Of a stretch of DNA of 64,000 nt, positions 35,573 through 47,175 are shown piece by piece. Both the position numbers and the translations under genes were made by a program. The first letter of the stretch is position 1, and each line of letters opens with the position of its first letter. The notes below the pieces were generated by a model. That model did no database searches, had not been told where the DNA came from, and worked only from the letters and a program-made list of their open reading frames with translations. Source of the DNA: Tubulanus polymorphus (lineage: Eukaryota; Animalia; Nemertea); assembly GCF_964204645.1 (NCBI RefSeq), contig NC_134036.1:2790001-2854000 (forward strand), in the 5' to 3' direction.

Positions 35573-37684
35573 TTTTAGAGAATTTACTGCTGCTGCTGCT
35601 GCTGCTGCTCGGTCAACAATAACCTATAAAATAAATTGAAAATTGATAGAAAGGAAAAAATACATATTTGCTGTGTGGAGTGTGGAGTGAAGGGCGAAAA
35701 TACCATTCCATGAAATATAGGCCTCGATACTCTATTTAGCCTTGCATCATCTAAAGTTTCGATATAGATATATTGCAAGGTAACCCTCAAAACCACCGAG
35801 CGCCATCCAGGATGTTATTAGCAAGTTTGCGGTTTCTGTATTTAAATTACAACTAGAGGAGTCAGAAAAGAAGACTCTTGGGAGGTAGTGCCCATCCTCC
35901 CCAAGCCGGATCGATAAACTTCAGCACCCTATGCCGGATTTATTCCCCATTCCGAAGGTTTCCGGTTGATTACACACACACGCACACACAATCTCATACA
36001 CCTGTCACTCTACACGGATCATCCGTAATAGGGACGTGAGAGGAGACAGAATTCGCTACACATCATAAACGGAGGTGTTTTTGATGTAGGAAACGTACAT
36101 CACAACGACAATTCATTTGGGAATTTGGTTTTTATGTTTCCGATTCGCATGCAGCAATAACGCTGGAATAAGCTAATATTTTCCGTCACTCCCCCGGGAC
36201 GGAACGGTCGTCGATAACCAACGACGATGCCAACAATGAAAATAACCGTAACCCGAGAGGATTATCGCTAAGACACAGATAAAGAAATAGAATCTTTATG
36301 GATGAAAAAACAAAGTATTCAAAATATGAGCGTATCCTAATAGTTATTGTCATGGAGACAATTGAAATAATTATGCAAATTAATGCAACTCGATACGCTA
36401 TTTGTAAATTAAGACTTCTCGCGTTGCCGATGTTCAAGAGCTGTATGATCGAGTGTTAGGTAAAATCTTGTCAGTTTCCGATGTAGTCACCTAATACGAT
36501 AAAAGCGTCCAAACGAATTCTACCATGAAATCGGATGATTAACATTCAAAGATGATTTAACCCTTTCAGTGTGTCTATACCGCAGTGCGGTGTATAAGTC
36601 AGTGATGGACTTTGCTAGTACACTGCATCGTGGAGTATCAATGTAATTACTTTTTTCTCTAATGAATGAAGGCAGCACCTGTCAAACATAGTGGTATATT
36701 TGTGGAATATACACATTGGCGGTATGCCCATCATTCATTGCACAGGGGTTATTTCTAAAAATTTTCAAATCATTTCCAGCGCTTTCAAGAATTAATTAGT
36801 CAGCTCTGAAAGGGTTGATTTGCATGTGAAACTGACAAAGGGCTAATTTTAATGGGTGTGTTTAATTTAGATGCGTTCAAGACTATATGTATTTGGATTT
36901 TTAACATAACATTTGTCAAGAACCGCCTATGTCTAATGTTCAACTTCAAGTTCATTTCATAGAAAAAGCAAATTATATAGAAAGCGATAAAAACATCCAA
37001 TAAACTTTTCTTTCAACAACCCTTGTATGCCCTCCTACCCCGCCATCCTGTTCGGCCCTAATAACACAGGCCTCAAATGAGCAATTTGCACGGAATGTTA
37101 ATTGCTAAAATCACACCCCAAACCACTTAAGACTAGATCTAATATCTACTTTAACATCTTCCTCAAAACCATAAAACACGATTAACTGTGGCTCCCCCGA
37201 TGATCATGAAAACATAAAACGCAACATAACGGGTGGATTAACCGTCGTCGTCTCATCGGTGACCGCAACAATTGTCACCATGGATACCACGCGAGTCTCA
37301 GGTGTTCGCTAATTGTTTAATTGGCTGAAAGTGTCGCCAGTGACGGCAATGAAGATTCAGATGAATGATGCCATCGGCGGAGTTTCACGCACGAGGACGG
37401 TGGAAATTGTTTTTTTTTATGCAAGGAGGAGCGAGCGTTCGTTGATTCCCGGCACGCTGGTAGCCGTCGACGACAATGGTGTATCGTCGTGTTGATATAT
37501 CAAAGGAACGCGATATGATTAAAACGCAGCGGAATGCCAACTCGATATCGTTCGTTCATAGTATCGTACATTTTTAAGACTAAATTTAATTTCGTAAAAA
37601 ATAGAAGCGAAAGCAATCAATTTACAGAACGTGCGCCGCTCCTAACATTCGAAATAGTCATACCCAGAATGAGGTAGAAACCGT

Positions 37685-37955
37685 AACTGGAACTGTGTCC
37701 AGAGTTGAAATTAACCGACACCACTGTGGAACTGGGTTCAGAGACAAATTAAACCCACGCAACTGTGGAACTGGATCCAGAGTCAGTTGAAAACCACACA
37801 ACTGTGGAACTGGATCCAGAGACAAATCAAACCTACACAACTGTGGAACTGGATCCAGAGTCAGATTAAACCCACAGAACTGTGGAACTAGTTCCAGAGT
37901 CAAACCCATACATCTGTAGAACCACATCCAAAGTCAAATTAAACCCACAAAACTT
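37685..37955. repeat. same ~39-bp satellite, ~6 copies, reverse orientation
   Basis: Unit caactgtggaactggatccagagacaaattaaacccaca. Confidence 0.85.
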
Positions 37956-38432
37956 AAGTTTGCTACTGGATCACAATTTGGTCCAACCATGTTGTAACTG
38001 GGTCAAAATCATCCCGTACGAAGAACTTCTAACTACTGATCTTTCCATGATCCTCAGGTGTCTGATAAATCCCGATGCCAGAATAGTTGTTTGACCTTTT
38101 TCTTTCTCCTATAATCACAATGTCTCCCAATTACGAATGTCATCAATACTTTAACTAATGACCATCTCTACATAAAACACATAGACACATATATACATAT
38201 ACAAGATGTTACCAGCGCTAATGACACAAGGAGATTGTCTATAAACAGAAATAGCTCCTCGGAATGCATTTCCTTCTCTTCTTATCGAAATGGGTCCCCG
38301 AAAACAGTTTCAAACAAACGTCTTTAACAAATGAGCAAGTAATCAAAGGTATGAAATATTCCATTCAGACAGAAACTCATTAGCCCAATAAGAGGCTCAA
38401 GGTATATTTGTGTCATCAGGACAGAAAGGTCA

Positions 38433-38680
38433 TGTTGAAACACTAACAGGTTGCCGCCCAATGGCCACCAGTGCGCCCAAAAAATCTTGGGCAATGTAAT
38501 AGACCAATGAAGGTTCAGCGGCCAGGGTTTGATTGCTTCGTGTTGAAACACTAACAGGTTGCCGCTCAGTGGCCACCAGTGCGCCCAAGAAATCCTGGGA
38601 AATGTAATACACCAATCAGGAGTCTGCGGCCAGGGGTTGAATTGGCATAAGCTTCGGCGGGAGGCAATCAAACCCTGGCA
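38433..38680. repeat. 108-bp tandem duplication with a nested 18-bp inverted repeat
   Basis: tgttgaaacactaacaggttgccgc...gcggccaggg at 38433 and 38541; ccagggtttgattgcttc vs gaggcaatcaaaccctgg. Confidence 0.7.
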
Positions 38681-39639
38681 AGTAAGGATGTCTCAAATGT
38701 CGCAGAACGTTGAGCTGATTGGGAAATGGCAACAGTAATTACAAGTGCTTTCAGGTAATGAACTCAGAAAAATGTATAGGCCACGAAAAAAAACCATCCT
38801 CATCACCAATGATGACAATCTAGTTTAATTATCGCCATGGCGATGATGAAGAGTTTTCTCCGCAGAGACTACGTGCGATGATAACAGAGGTTATATTTAC
38901 TTATAAACAATGAGGCAGATTTGTCGGCGTTGTCAATGTAAAGTAAATCCAGGGGCGGCTGAATTGTGAAATCAGTCCATAATATCAATGACCTAAAAAA
39001 TAAATCCTATGGAATGAATATAATGAAATGGTCCAATTTTAATGTCATTTCCTACAATCTCACTCAACTCTCCCTCAAAACACTTTGAGAATTTAATGAT
39101 ACCTGACAACAACTAAAAATACGTATCATCTTGAAAGGTGAAATTCGTTATAATTTTCCAGTGCCACATGAAATGCTTCACACTATTTCGGAAGACATCT
39201 TCAATATTCCATAAAACCGAATATGCCGACATGCCACACCACGGATGGAAATGCAAAAAATGCCGAGGCATCGTTATCAATATTTCATGGAACACGAGAG
39301 GAGGTTTTTAGAGTGGTGCCAATACTTTTACGCGAGATGAGAATTTTTTTCTGCCTCATACAAAGGGAGACTGCAAAGTAGTTTTGATGCCATTTCGCGT
39401 ATTGATCAATCCCACCATTAGTCCATAACGTCAATGGCCGAGACTTAGCTTTGCGAGGGTGAAAATCAGCTGTAAAATATGGCGGTAAATAACGAGACTT
39501 CGATGTTATTATACGCAACAGACTGTGGCGTAATTCAGATATCTATCTGCTCTGTCTCAGACATTCGACAGATTAAGCACTTCTTATTTATGATCGTCCT
39601 CAGTTCATATGGGTGCTTCACCAGAGTTACTTTAGTCCA

Positions 39640-39862
39640 GACTTCACATGTGTTCAGTGCTTCACTGGAGACATTTTTAATTGAAAATGAACTACAAACA
39701 CCAGATATTAGACATTTTATCAGATCACTTTCAAAAACTGATCGTCCACACTTCACATATTGTGTTCAGTGCTTCACCTGAGACATTTGTAATTGAAAAT
39801 GAACTACAAACACCAGACATTAGACATTTTATCAGCACACTTTCAAAAACTGATCGTCCACA
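39640..39862. repeat. ~112-bp tandem duplication
   Basis: tgtgttcagtgcttcac...aattgaaaatgaactacaaacaccaga...tttcaaaaactgatcgtccaca twice. Confidence 0.8.
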
Positions 39863-40583
39863 ATTGATACATGTTCAGGACTTCCTCTTTGATACCTGCA
39901 TAACAGTGTAACCCTGTACATGTATTCATAAGATCTTCGGGAGAATCTCAACAAATCCATCACTCAAGCTCTTAAGCATCGAACAGAGTTACCAGAAAGC
40001 AATAACCGGCTAAAAAAAACCTGCGACGATAATGGCGCAGTTTATCCACGAAGCTAAACATTAACCTATGTTTCGTATTCACGAGGGAGAGAATCTGTCA
40101 CCTGAACTGTCTCTCGTATATTCATCCAAGGAAATAAAAGCTCCCGGTATCATTCATCACACGGACGAGTAGTCCACTAAATTGAGCACAACATCACAAA
40201 CAGAAGTAGTACTTCTAGTTCCAAATTGCACACAAGTTACTATGAAACTCGTCAATGGAAAAGTGGACCATACCACCATAACACATGGAGCTATTTTTTT
40301 TCGGAACTATCACTGAGCTAGACAAGTTACTACGGAACTCGTCAATGGCAAATTGGATCGTACCACCATATCACACAGAGGTATTTTTTCATCCAGAACA
40401 ATCACTGGGCCGTCCCAGCTGCTAAATATGATTTCAGGTCTCATGTACCCACTTTCTTCTACATTAAGACAAAAACACCTTTCTCAACCTTTGGATGCAA
40501 AACAATTTAAATGTTACTGAGCTATCACTGCGCTTACTTGTCACCTACCAGAACAAAGGATTGTCTGATTCCATACAGTACTG

Positions 40584-40637
40584 GAGCCAGTTGCTCAAAA
40601 GTTGGTTCAAGATAACCAACTTTTGAGCAACTGGCTC
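40584..40637. mobile_element. 54-bp minimal MITE / perfect hairpin with CTG TSD
   Basis: ctg|gagccagttgctcaaaagttggtt-caagat-aaccaacttttgagcaactggctc|ctg, a perfect 24-bp stem. Confidence 0.7.
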
Positions 40638-41767
40638 CTGGATGTTACTGAGTTACCTAACCACAATGCGATGCAATGTACTAGAACACCTCCCCATATA
40701 TATGACAAATGTCTTGTTGTACCTATTCCTCATTAGATCAACAACTAGCTCATATAACATGATTTTCAAGTCCCATGTGATGCTCATTGTTACTGTGTAC
40801 TATTGCGCTGACCAAAAAATGAAATAAAGGATTGTCCATAGATCGCAGGATGTTACTGAGATATCAAACCATAATGCAATACTAGAGGACTTTCCTATAT
40901 TATAATGTCTTGATGTAACCATCCCTGATTAGATCAACAATTCATATTACTAGATGATTTTCAGGTCCCATATGATACACTTTGTTACTGACCAATCAAC
41001 CGTCAGGTACTGTGGGATTACGCGACGTCATGACCCATCCCTCATATATAGCAACACAAATGACATCGCAGTTTGTCGGATCCCCAGTGTCAGTGATCGT
41101 AATGTTATTACCGCTATACTGCGCTGACCTATCCAATACCCCCATTATCTTACGCAGTAAATGATCTCGAAAAAAACAAAGGTTTTCTTTCCTGAGCTGT
41201 CAACCTCCTTGACATACGACACTGCCTGACTAACTGCGCTGACCAATGGTTTATATCATCAACATGCAACAAATAAGTCTACAATTGATGATGCTACTTT
41301 GACATATAACCTATTACATAAGTGTTGACCAATCCCTAATGCGCCATTAAAACTGGTATCAGGTATGAGCCCAAAAGTGGTCAAGCATTTTCAGGTCTCC
41401 GGTTTTTCTGTAGTGAAAGCTTGGGTACCGTGTTGACCAATCCCTTATGGGCGATTACATCCAATGAGGAATCACCATCCAAAAATCGAGCCCAAAATAA
41501 TGCCCTGTTTATTGCAGGGGCACTTTACATCGCGTTCCTAACAGGAATGAATATAGACTTCTAACTGACTGCAGTTTTTTGCTACTAGTTAGTACCAAGA
41601 CAAAATCTAGCATGCAACCACAGCGAACAGGGCTGTCGACCTCTGAAAAGTTGCTATCAGTAACAAATTGATTTTTTTTCAGTGAAAATTTCATTGAAAC
41701 ATGAAAGACAATGCTCAAATTAATCGGTTATAAACAGTAAAATCCTTGATAACTCCTTGATCCTTGA

Positions 41768-41955
41768 TCTTTCATATTTCTGTTCAAATTAATCTGTAAT
41801 CAACAGTAAGACCCTCAGTAATATGTTTCATATTTCTGTTCAAATCAATCTGTTATCAACAGAAAGACCCTCACTAACATGTTTCATATTTCTGTTCAAA
41901 TTAATCTATCATCAACAGTCCCCATAAGACCCTCAGTAACATCTTTCATATTTCA
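41768..41955. repeat. ~56-bp minisatellite, ~3.5 copies
   Basis: Unit ~tttcatatttctgttcaaattaatctgttatcaacagtaagaccctcagtaacatg. Confidence 0.75.
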
Positions 41956-43539
41956 GTATGTGTCAAACACTAATTAAATCAGTATTTCACATTATAAAAT
42001 AGTTACAAATACTGAAAAGTTGGCAGCTCTGAGCACATAGAAACTAGATAAGTTTGCTTTTTTGGTTCTCTTCGTTCATTAAAACAGCGTACTGTGCCCT
42101 TAAGATCTTTGTCATAGGTACACGCGTTAAATATTAACACGGCAGAGAATATTCTTCAAAGTTAATGAAATAAAGCTCGGAAACAAGAGTTTGTTCATTC
42201 ATATTTACTGCGCTCACGCGCCCACGTACACTTGTCTGCCGTATCACTCATCCATTGATCTATCCCAATAAAGCGCTCTCTGATGATCCGCGACAACATC
42301 AACAACATCCATGAGAAATATTATGATAATACTAATATCGTACAAATTGAAGGTAGAAACCACGCCCGATTATTCACTTGAGGCAATGAGTGATTTATAA
42401 CGTTATTACAGCCACGCGAACAGAGCAAAAACATATATGCAGACAACAATCGAAAAATACATCCGATATGCATTGTATCAGAGTATCAGACATATGGCTG
42501 CCTCCATAGATCTCACTATGACATCATAGAATTGATATTAGGGGTTTGTTAGAACCTTCGAGAAAGTGTGGATACGTCCCTGATTACATCATCAACTTGA
42601 TGTTATCACAAATCTCATGTAAAAAATGGCTGCGTCCACAAATACCCCCTAAGACATCATCCAATCGATGATATGAACACTTCCGGAAAAAAATGGTCGT
42701 TTCCATAAATCTCAGGTATGACATCATTAAAATCATGTGGTTTTATAGAGATACTTCAATAAAACATGGCTGCCTCCATCTATTGCTTTATGACATCATT
42801 AAAATCATGAAGCTTTATAGACTCACTCAAAAGATGACATCCTCCGTATGTCCTAAGAGCCTTCCAGTAAATCCACAAATGACATCAACAAATACATTCT
42901 CATACTGAATGACTGGTAGAGATTGATATCAATCTGAGTATTTCAGAGTTAATGAGCAAAACCCACAGTTGATGATCTAACAAATCATTCCGATAGTTTT
43001 TCGAAAGATTCGACCCGTCATCGTGGAAACTAAAATGACATTTTTGTATCTCTGACGAGATGGAGTCTAATAAGAACTTCGAAACTGTTCAGGCGATAAA
43101 CGTTCTAATCATCAACTGCAGGTTTTTACTTATTAACATACTCATACTTCTAGGGGAATTAGACGAGACGAAGAATTACCGGATGAAATTGCTTTAGAAA
43201 AAAGAACCCGCAAACTGAAAACAGTCTAAGAACCCTTTTCACGTGAAAATAAGTGTTAATAGAGTTTTACCCGAAGGCGGTAGATAGAGAACGTCTTCGG
43301 AGAATGAGAGCGAATTTCAGGTCTCCACGACGCCGAGATCGATCACTGTTGACGACGATAGAGAGAAAAGGTCAAACGTTGCCGCAACGATAATTGTTTA
43401 ATGCATTTCGCATCAAGCGAAATTTAACGCAGCATTAAATTGCCACAGCAGCGGCGCGTGATGCCTCATTGGAGTATCCGACATAAAATATTTACGACCA
43501 ACTTGAACATGTTGACACGTAACGGTACGGTACAAACCC

Positions 43540-43754
43540 CTGACAGTTGGGAGCCCTCTAGAAGACCCTGAGAACATGCTGACAGTTGGGAGCCCCCTAG
43601 AAGACCCCGAGAACATGCTGACAGTTGGGAGCCCTCTAGAAGACCCTGAGAACATGCTGACAGTTGGGAGCCCTCTAGAAGACCCTGAGAACATGCTGAC
43701 AGTTGGGAGCCCCCTAGAAGACCCCGAGAACATGCTGACAGTTGGGAGCCCTCT
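43540..43754. repeat. 39-bp minisatellite, ~5.5 near-identical copies
   Basis: Unit ctgacagttgggagccctctagaagaccctgagaacatg. Confidence 0.92.
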
Positions 43755-43774
43755 ATGAAGGATGAAGGCCCATC

Positions 43775-44055
43775 CTGCCCTCTATCTCTCTCCTCGCTCC
43801 CTTTCTCTCTACTCTCTCTCCTCTCACCATTTCCCTCTACTCTCTCTCTCCCTTTCTCTCTGTCAACATCACTCTCTATTATCTCTCTCCCTTTCCCTCT
43901 GCTCTCTCTCCTCTCCATATCTCTCTCCTCTCAGCATTTCTCTCTCCTTTCTCACTCCCTTTCTCTCTATACCATCTCCATTTCTCTATTCTCTCCATTT
44001 TTTCTCTCTCCCTATCTCTCTCCTCTCCCTACCACTCTCTCCTCTCATTGTCTCA
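43775..44055. repeat. degenerate (CT)n polypyrimidine tract
   Basis: ~280 nt almost free of G; a mirror GA-rich tract lies at ~55535-55930. Confidence 0.85.
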
Positions 44056-45384
44056 CCAGAGTTGATTGAATGATTCTGCCGGTTTTGATCAGATATTTTT
44101 CCTACCGCGTCAGATTACGTCGACAGTCCTTTAAAACGTTCATTCGTAACCGACTTTGTTTGTTGTAACGGTATCGCCATCGACGATACGAGGTAATCTA
44201 AGATACGGCTTGATTCAACCTGTGACATTTTGCTGAATTACCGAACTGCGTGAAATAATGAACTAACATCGTCATCGGTTACGAGGAAGCCAAACACAAC
44301 GAAAGAAATAGGCTCGGTCTTTTAAACTCGATGTATTTTATATTGTTGAAATCCGAACCTGGCGGTGCAAAAATAGAATATTATCGACTGGTGCTGTTTT
44401 AGAAAAACATACCACGCTCGCTCCCTTCGACCCATCCTTACTGAGGCTTTAACTGACATATATCACCTACTTATCATCTAAAAGTACCTGCCAAGAACAT
44501 TCTTAAATTGCGATTAGTTACTGATGATGGCCTTCTCATTCTCTCAATGATTCAGTAAAATTATGACAAGTTACTAATGACCACTTTCCTCTTCTTAAGC
44601 ATATCAACAATTCAGTAAATTTAGTATTAGTTACTAATGACAACCTTCTTCTTAATCATTTAAATGATTCAGTAAAATTATTATTATTCAGTAAAAATGA
44701 TTATTTACTATAATGCAACTTTTTCATTCTCAATAACTTCCATGACATGGTGACCTCCCACCTTATAAATCTTTTTACAAATCATCTTGATGGGAACAAT
44801 AATTTTTAAGACGTCACAAAGAAATTGTTTCTAATACTACGATTATCAACTAATAATAACGTTATTCCTATTCTCAATTATGACCGGTAATATTCAAAAT
44901 GATCGAACTATGACATTTCGCAGCCTGTGTTTGCACAAATTTGACGGCGATGTCATCAATTTCAGCGCCTGATGGTATTTGCATGTAATATCAGCGACAT
45001 TGAGTGGTTCTAATAAAGAATGTCAAGATATCATCATTATCCTCAATATATCAATCGATAACTGGCCCTTACTGGCTTTGCTAACTTATTTTCACCCTAA
45101 GCTAGTACACGCATTATAGTAATGTGCTTTGTCCAACTCGGCTTAATTTCCATGCTCTCTAAAGACGATAATTGAATGTTTAGCAACTGCCTTTGTTGGC
45201 AACTTAGTACCTAAATACAGGTAAACATCAAAAGTAATGATAAGTCATGATCAAATAATTATCCTTCGTTGCGTTCATTAGCGTATAGTGCACAGGTTCA
45301 AACATAATTTCGAACTTTATAAATGTATATTCCCCGCATACATTAGATCACTACTGATGATTTCAAAAAATATAAAATTACTAA

Positions 45385-45635
45385 CATTCAATCCTCAATA
45401 ATTTCAACGATTCAGTAAAATTATGATTAGTTACTAATAACAACCTTCTCCTCAATAATTTCAAAAATGAAGTAAAATTATGATTTGTTACATAATGAAA
45501 ACCTTTTCAATAAATTCAAAAATCAAGTAAAATTATGATTACTTACTGATGATGACCTTCTCAATAATTTCAAAAAATTAAGTAAAATTATGACTTGTTA
45601 CATAATGACCACCTTCTCGATAAATTCAATGATTT
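45385..45635. repeat. ~56-bp AT-rich degenerate tandem repeat (also at ~44505-44710)
   Basis: Recurring agtaaaattatgattagttactaatgacaaccttctc...caataatttc. Confidence 0.65.
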
Positions 45636-46494
45636 AAGTATGTTTATGTCTGAAAAGGATCAACTGGCATTAATTTTATATTTGCACACATCAAATAACA
45701 CAAATTGCACACATTTCTTACTTTACCTCAGAAATTCCAAGTTACATAAAAACTTTCAAGCCATTCATATTCACAAACAAAAATCCACATATTCCTAGTC
45801 TGCATAGTTTTTACGTTAAACCATATAGTTTATAACATCTAAGAGATATATCTATATCTGCATTGGTTCGTTCCATAATTATAACTTTAATTTTCCTTTA
45901 CTTACGACGCATATCTATTTCTGAGAATCGCAAAAATCGAAAAACGTGACTGCGCGTCTTTATGGTCGGAGATACAGGTGAATACACTCCCTCCGTCTCT
46001 CGCTGTGACGATGGACAACTTCAAATTCCTATTAATTAAAACACGACAATTTCATCGCTACGACGACGGCACATAATTCAGATTATTATAACGACGATCT
46101 CGCAGTCAGCCACAGTAACGCGAGCGCGCAGAGATGTATCGTCGAGCTCTTGAGGATAGCGAATATGGAACCTTACTCCACTGTACGTAACTACACTAGT
46201 ATATTATTAATACCGATATACCAGATAAAACGATATTGTCATCATTGCCGTAGACGTCATTGTTGCGCGGTTGTCGTGTGGATGCCAAGATGCACCAGTT
46301 TTCAATGGTATCACAATGGCATCATTAATTAACCCTCTAATTTATCAATGTTAAAATACTAGTTTTTGAGTCGTTTATGACAGAGCTAGGGTTTTCTTGA
46401 GTGAATTCATGGTCTAAAAGTAAAATGTGTTGATAAAAATTTCTAATATCTATTGCTTTCATTTGAAAATATCTCTACTGATGCAGTGAACATT

Positions 46495-47175
46495 TCATGT
46501 GAAATGTGGACAATCAGTTTTTTAAAGTGCACTGATAAAATGTCCAATATCTTGTGTCTGCAGTTCATTCTTTCAATTTGAAATGTTGCAAGTGAAGTAG
46601 CAGTATACTAACACCAAGTGAAGTGTGGATGATGAGTTTTTGAAAGTGAGCTGTTAAAATGTTTCAGATGTCTCAGATGAAGTTCTGAACACATGTGAAA
46701 TGTGGACGATCAGTTTTTGAAAGTGCACCGATAAAATGTCCAATATCTTGTGTCTGCAGTTCATTCTTTCAATTTGAAATGTTGCAAGTGAAGTAGCGGT
46801 ATACTAACACCAAGTGAAGTGTGGACGATTAGTTTTCGAAAGTGAGCTGTTAAAATGTTAAAATGTCTAATGTTAATTTTCAATCACTAATGTCTCAGAT
46901 GAAGTACTAAACATTGTGAAGTGTGGAAGATCAGTTTTTGAAAGTGAGCTGATAAAATATTAAAATGTCTAATGTTAATTTTCAATTACTATGTCTCAGA
47001 TGAAGCACTGAAAGTGAGCTGATAAAACGTTAAAATGTCTAATGTTAATTTTCAATTACTAATGTCTCAGATGAAGCACTGAAAGTGAGCTGATAAAATG
47101 TGAAAATGACTAATGTTAATTTTCAATTACTAATGTCTCAGATGAAGTCCAGAACACATGTGAAATGTGGATGAA
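46495..47175. repeat. complex tandem repeat region (~196-bp duplication plus ~60-bp units)
   Basis: atgtgaaatgtggac...gttaaaatgtt duplicated; tgaaagtgagctgataaaa...ctaatgttaattttcaattactaatgtctcagatgaag about four times. Confidence 0.8.

Noticed and set aside
43755-44073. Leu/Ser-rich ORFs here and at 55530-55980
   Set aside because: Products of CT/GA low-complexity tracts.
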